DNA of 63,985 nt, filler included, from Hyphochytrium catenoides (lineage: Eukaryota > Protista > Hyphochytriomycota): assembly GCA_900088475.1 (NCBI GenBank). It is 18 parts of 18 records of this genome, joined end to end, with 100 filler letters (N's around TTAATTAATTAA, not from the genome) between each part and the next. Parts side by side here need not be neighbours in the genome. Positions count along the whole stretch, not along the records: positions 62,485 to 63,985 come from FLMG01003191.1; 17 more parts are not named here. The stretch is one strand, 5' to 3'. The position numbers and the translations under genes are program-made. Under the pieces are notes generated by a model, which was not told the origin of the DNA, did no database searches, and was given only the letters and a program-made list of their open reading frames with translations. Positions 62,385-63,985 of this stretch are shown here, in pieces; the stretch's first letter is position 1; every line of letters starts with the position of its first letter.

Positions 62385-63985
62385 NNNNNNNNNNNNNNNN
62401 NNNNNNNNNNNNNNNNNNNNNNNNNNNNTTAATTAATTAANNNNNNNNNNNNNNNNNNNNNNNNNNNNNNNNNNNNNNNNNNNNAACGAAGGCAGATGGG
62501 AAGAGAAAATCAGAAAAGAGACGAGATAGACAGAGGAACCGAGGGAAGCGCAACTGAGGAGAAACCGAAAAGCAGGATTAATGAGGGAAAGCATAGGCTA
62601 AGACGTTTGAACAATCTTAGAACACCCTGGAAGGTGGGAGATACTGAGGATCTGAGGATGTCGTCCGCCCGTGAAAGTCGCTCGCTTCTCTCTTGCCTCT
62701 GCAGCATTCTTGTCTCCACAACAGGTTCAGAAAACCTGTTTTAGTTGCTGGTTTGCCTGGTCTACCGATTCTACTGCAAATAGAATAGTTCTCCGCCCAT
62801 GTTTTAGAAGTTCTAAGAATGAATAACAAGATGGATGAAGACACTGCACTATTCTTCCTCCTTTGGAACACTACTGCCACTACTGGCGACAAACAGGCAG
62901 ACATCACAGCCAGCGGCAGACAGACAGGTCGCGAAGATAGACTAGAGGAAGAGCGGTTACCAGAAAGTACAGCACAAAGAGGACTCGCTAGGAAGGATTC
63001 GACCGAAAGAAGATAATTCTTGGAGTTCGCTTCCCTTTCTTTTTTTTTCTTTCTCTGTCTCTGTCAGTGTGGTCTTTGGTTCTCCTCACTACTGTTATCG
63101 CCAATTCTGCGGCGGAAGTACAAGTGGGACCGCCAACAATGATGATGCCTCATCCTTGTTCCTTCAGCTGTCCCTTCCCAAAAGACCCCGACTTACCAGC
63201 TACTTCCATCCAACATTCGTTGGCATCTCATCTCTCTCTTCTCCTGCCTAGCTTACGTGCTTATAAGCTCAAAAACATGTTTTGTTGGTCACTGGAATCT
63301 TCCCATACTAAGAGTCCCTCCCTCAGTCTCTCAATAGCCGAGGCATTCAGGAGTACATTCCTTAATCGTCTTGGTACTTGCCAGCAACCGATTATGCTCT
63401 GAGATTTGTCTCTCGATGTCCATAATGCTCACTCCCTGCTTCTTTCCATATAAGCAGTTGTAGAGCAGAAGCAGTGAGCTTCCAACCCTTCGATACTATG
63501 GCTCCCTTCCTTCTTCGTGGGATTTTAACCTCTCGGATCTTTTTATATATTCACCTTTTACTCCTCGTCGCTCCTCCAGACTTGACCTGGGGCCGTAGAG
63601 ATCTTCTCCTTACATTGCGGCAAACTCCTGCTACTACAAGCCGTATAATAGGAGGAGGAATCCATCGCGTCGATAGAAGTGTAAGAACGCGCGGAGAGCC
63701 GGTAATACCGGGGGGAAGGCAGGCTAAAGTTTCTACTCTCCGCCGCGCCTCTCCAACGAGAGTTCACTCCCATGAAGACTCAAAGCAACCTCACTTTCAA
63801 GCTGCTGACAGGCCCCCCACTCTCCTGATCAATCCCAAAACACTGCTAGCAGCACAGAAACGTGCCAACGCTGGAAGCAAGGAGTCTTCTCAAGTTCCCT
63901 CATCCTTTCCACACACTTTAAAGCCCAGAAGTCAGGAGGAAGCCGTTGCCCTCATCGAATCGCTTCTCACTGACCCCACCACGAA

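Noticed and set aside
5568-62484. Regularly recurring TTAATTAATTAA as a repeat array, CRISPR or recombination site
   Set aside because: It is always centred in exactly 44+44 N, so it is a synthetic linker. No CRISPR repeat-spacer structure or cas genes were seen.
62485-63985. Short ORFs in the last contig and in 51991-53026
   Set aside because: I could not build a recognisable domain or a consistent exon chain, so they are left unannotated.

Overview
This is not one locus. It is an artificial concatenation of 18 short contig/scaffold pieces (about 1-6 kb each) joined by 17 identical 100-bp linkers (44 N + TTAATTAATTAA + 44 N), so neighbourhoods across linkers have no biological meaning. The DNA is from an intron-rich eukaryote using the standard genetic code. 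It is probably flagellated (BBS2), and I infer a stramenopile, possibly oomycete-related, from the ATP synthase epsilon and FYVE proteins. Many introns are filled with (CT)n/(AG)n microsatellite, which explains most of the spurious poly-SL/poly-RE ORFs. By splicing by hand I recovered complete genes for mitochondrial ATP synthase epsilon and RPB9. I also recovered partial genes for BBS2, Rab21, a TYW3-kelch fusion, a C2H2 zinc finger, a short plant/Thermotoga-type tRNase Z, a membrane dCache_1 sensor with a 13-nt micro-exon, a UPF0193/EVG1-like protein, GINS Psf2, a PTC7 phosphatase, a FYVE protein and a PH-domain protein. Mobile DNA comprises two decayed Ty1/copia fragments and an intron-containing CACTA transposase joined directly to one of them. 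I found no convincing multi-gene novel system. The best leads are polarised 5'-(AG)n...(CT)n-3' self-complementary introns, RIP-like TpA-rich decay in some contigs, the dCache receptor, and an intronless hairpin-flanked ORF with a glycine-zipper membrane region and an RRSARL tail. All family assignments come from recalled motifs, not database searches.
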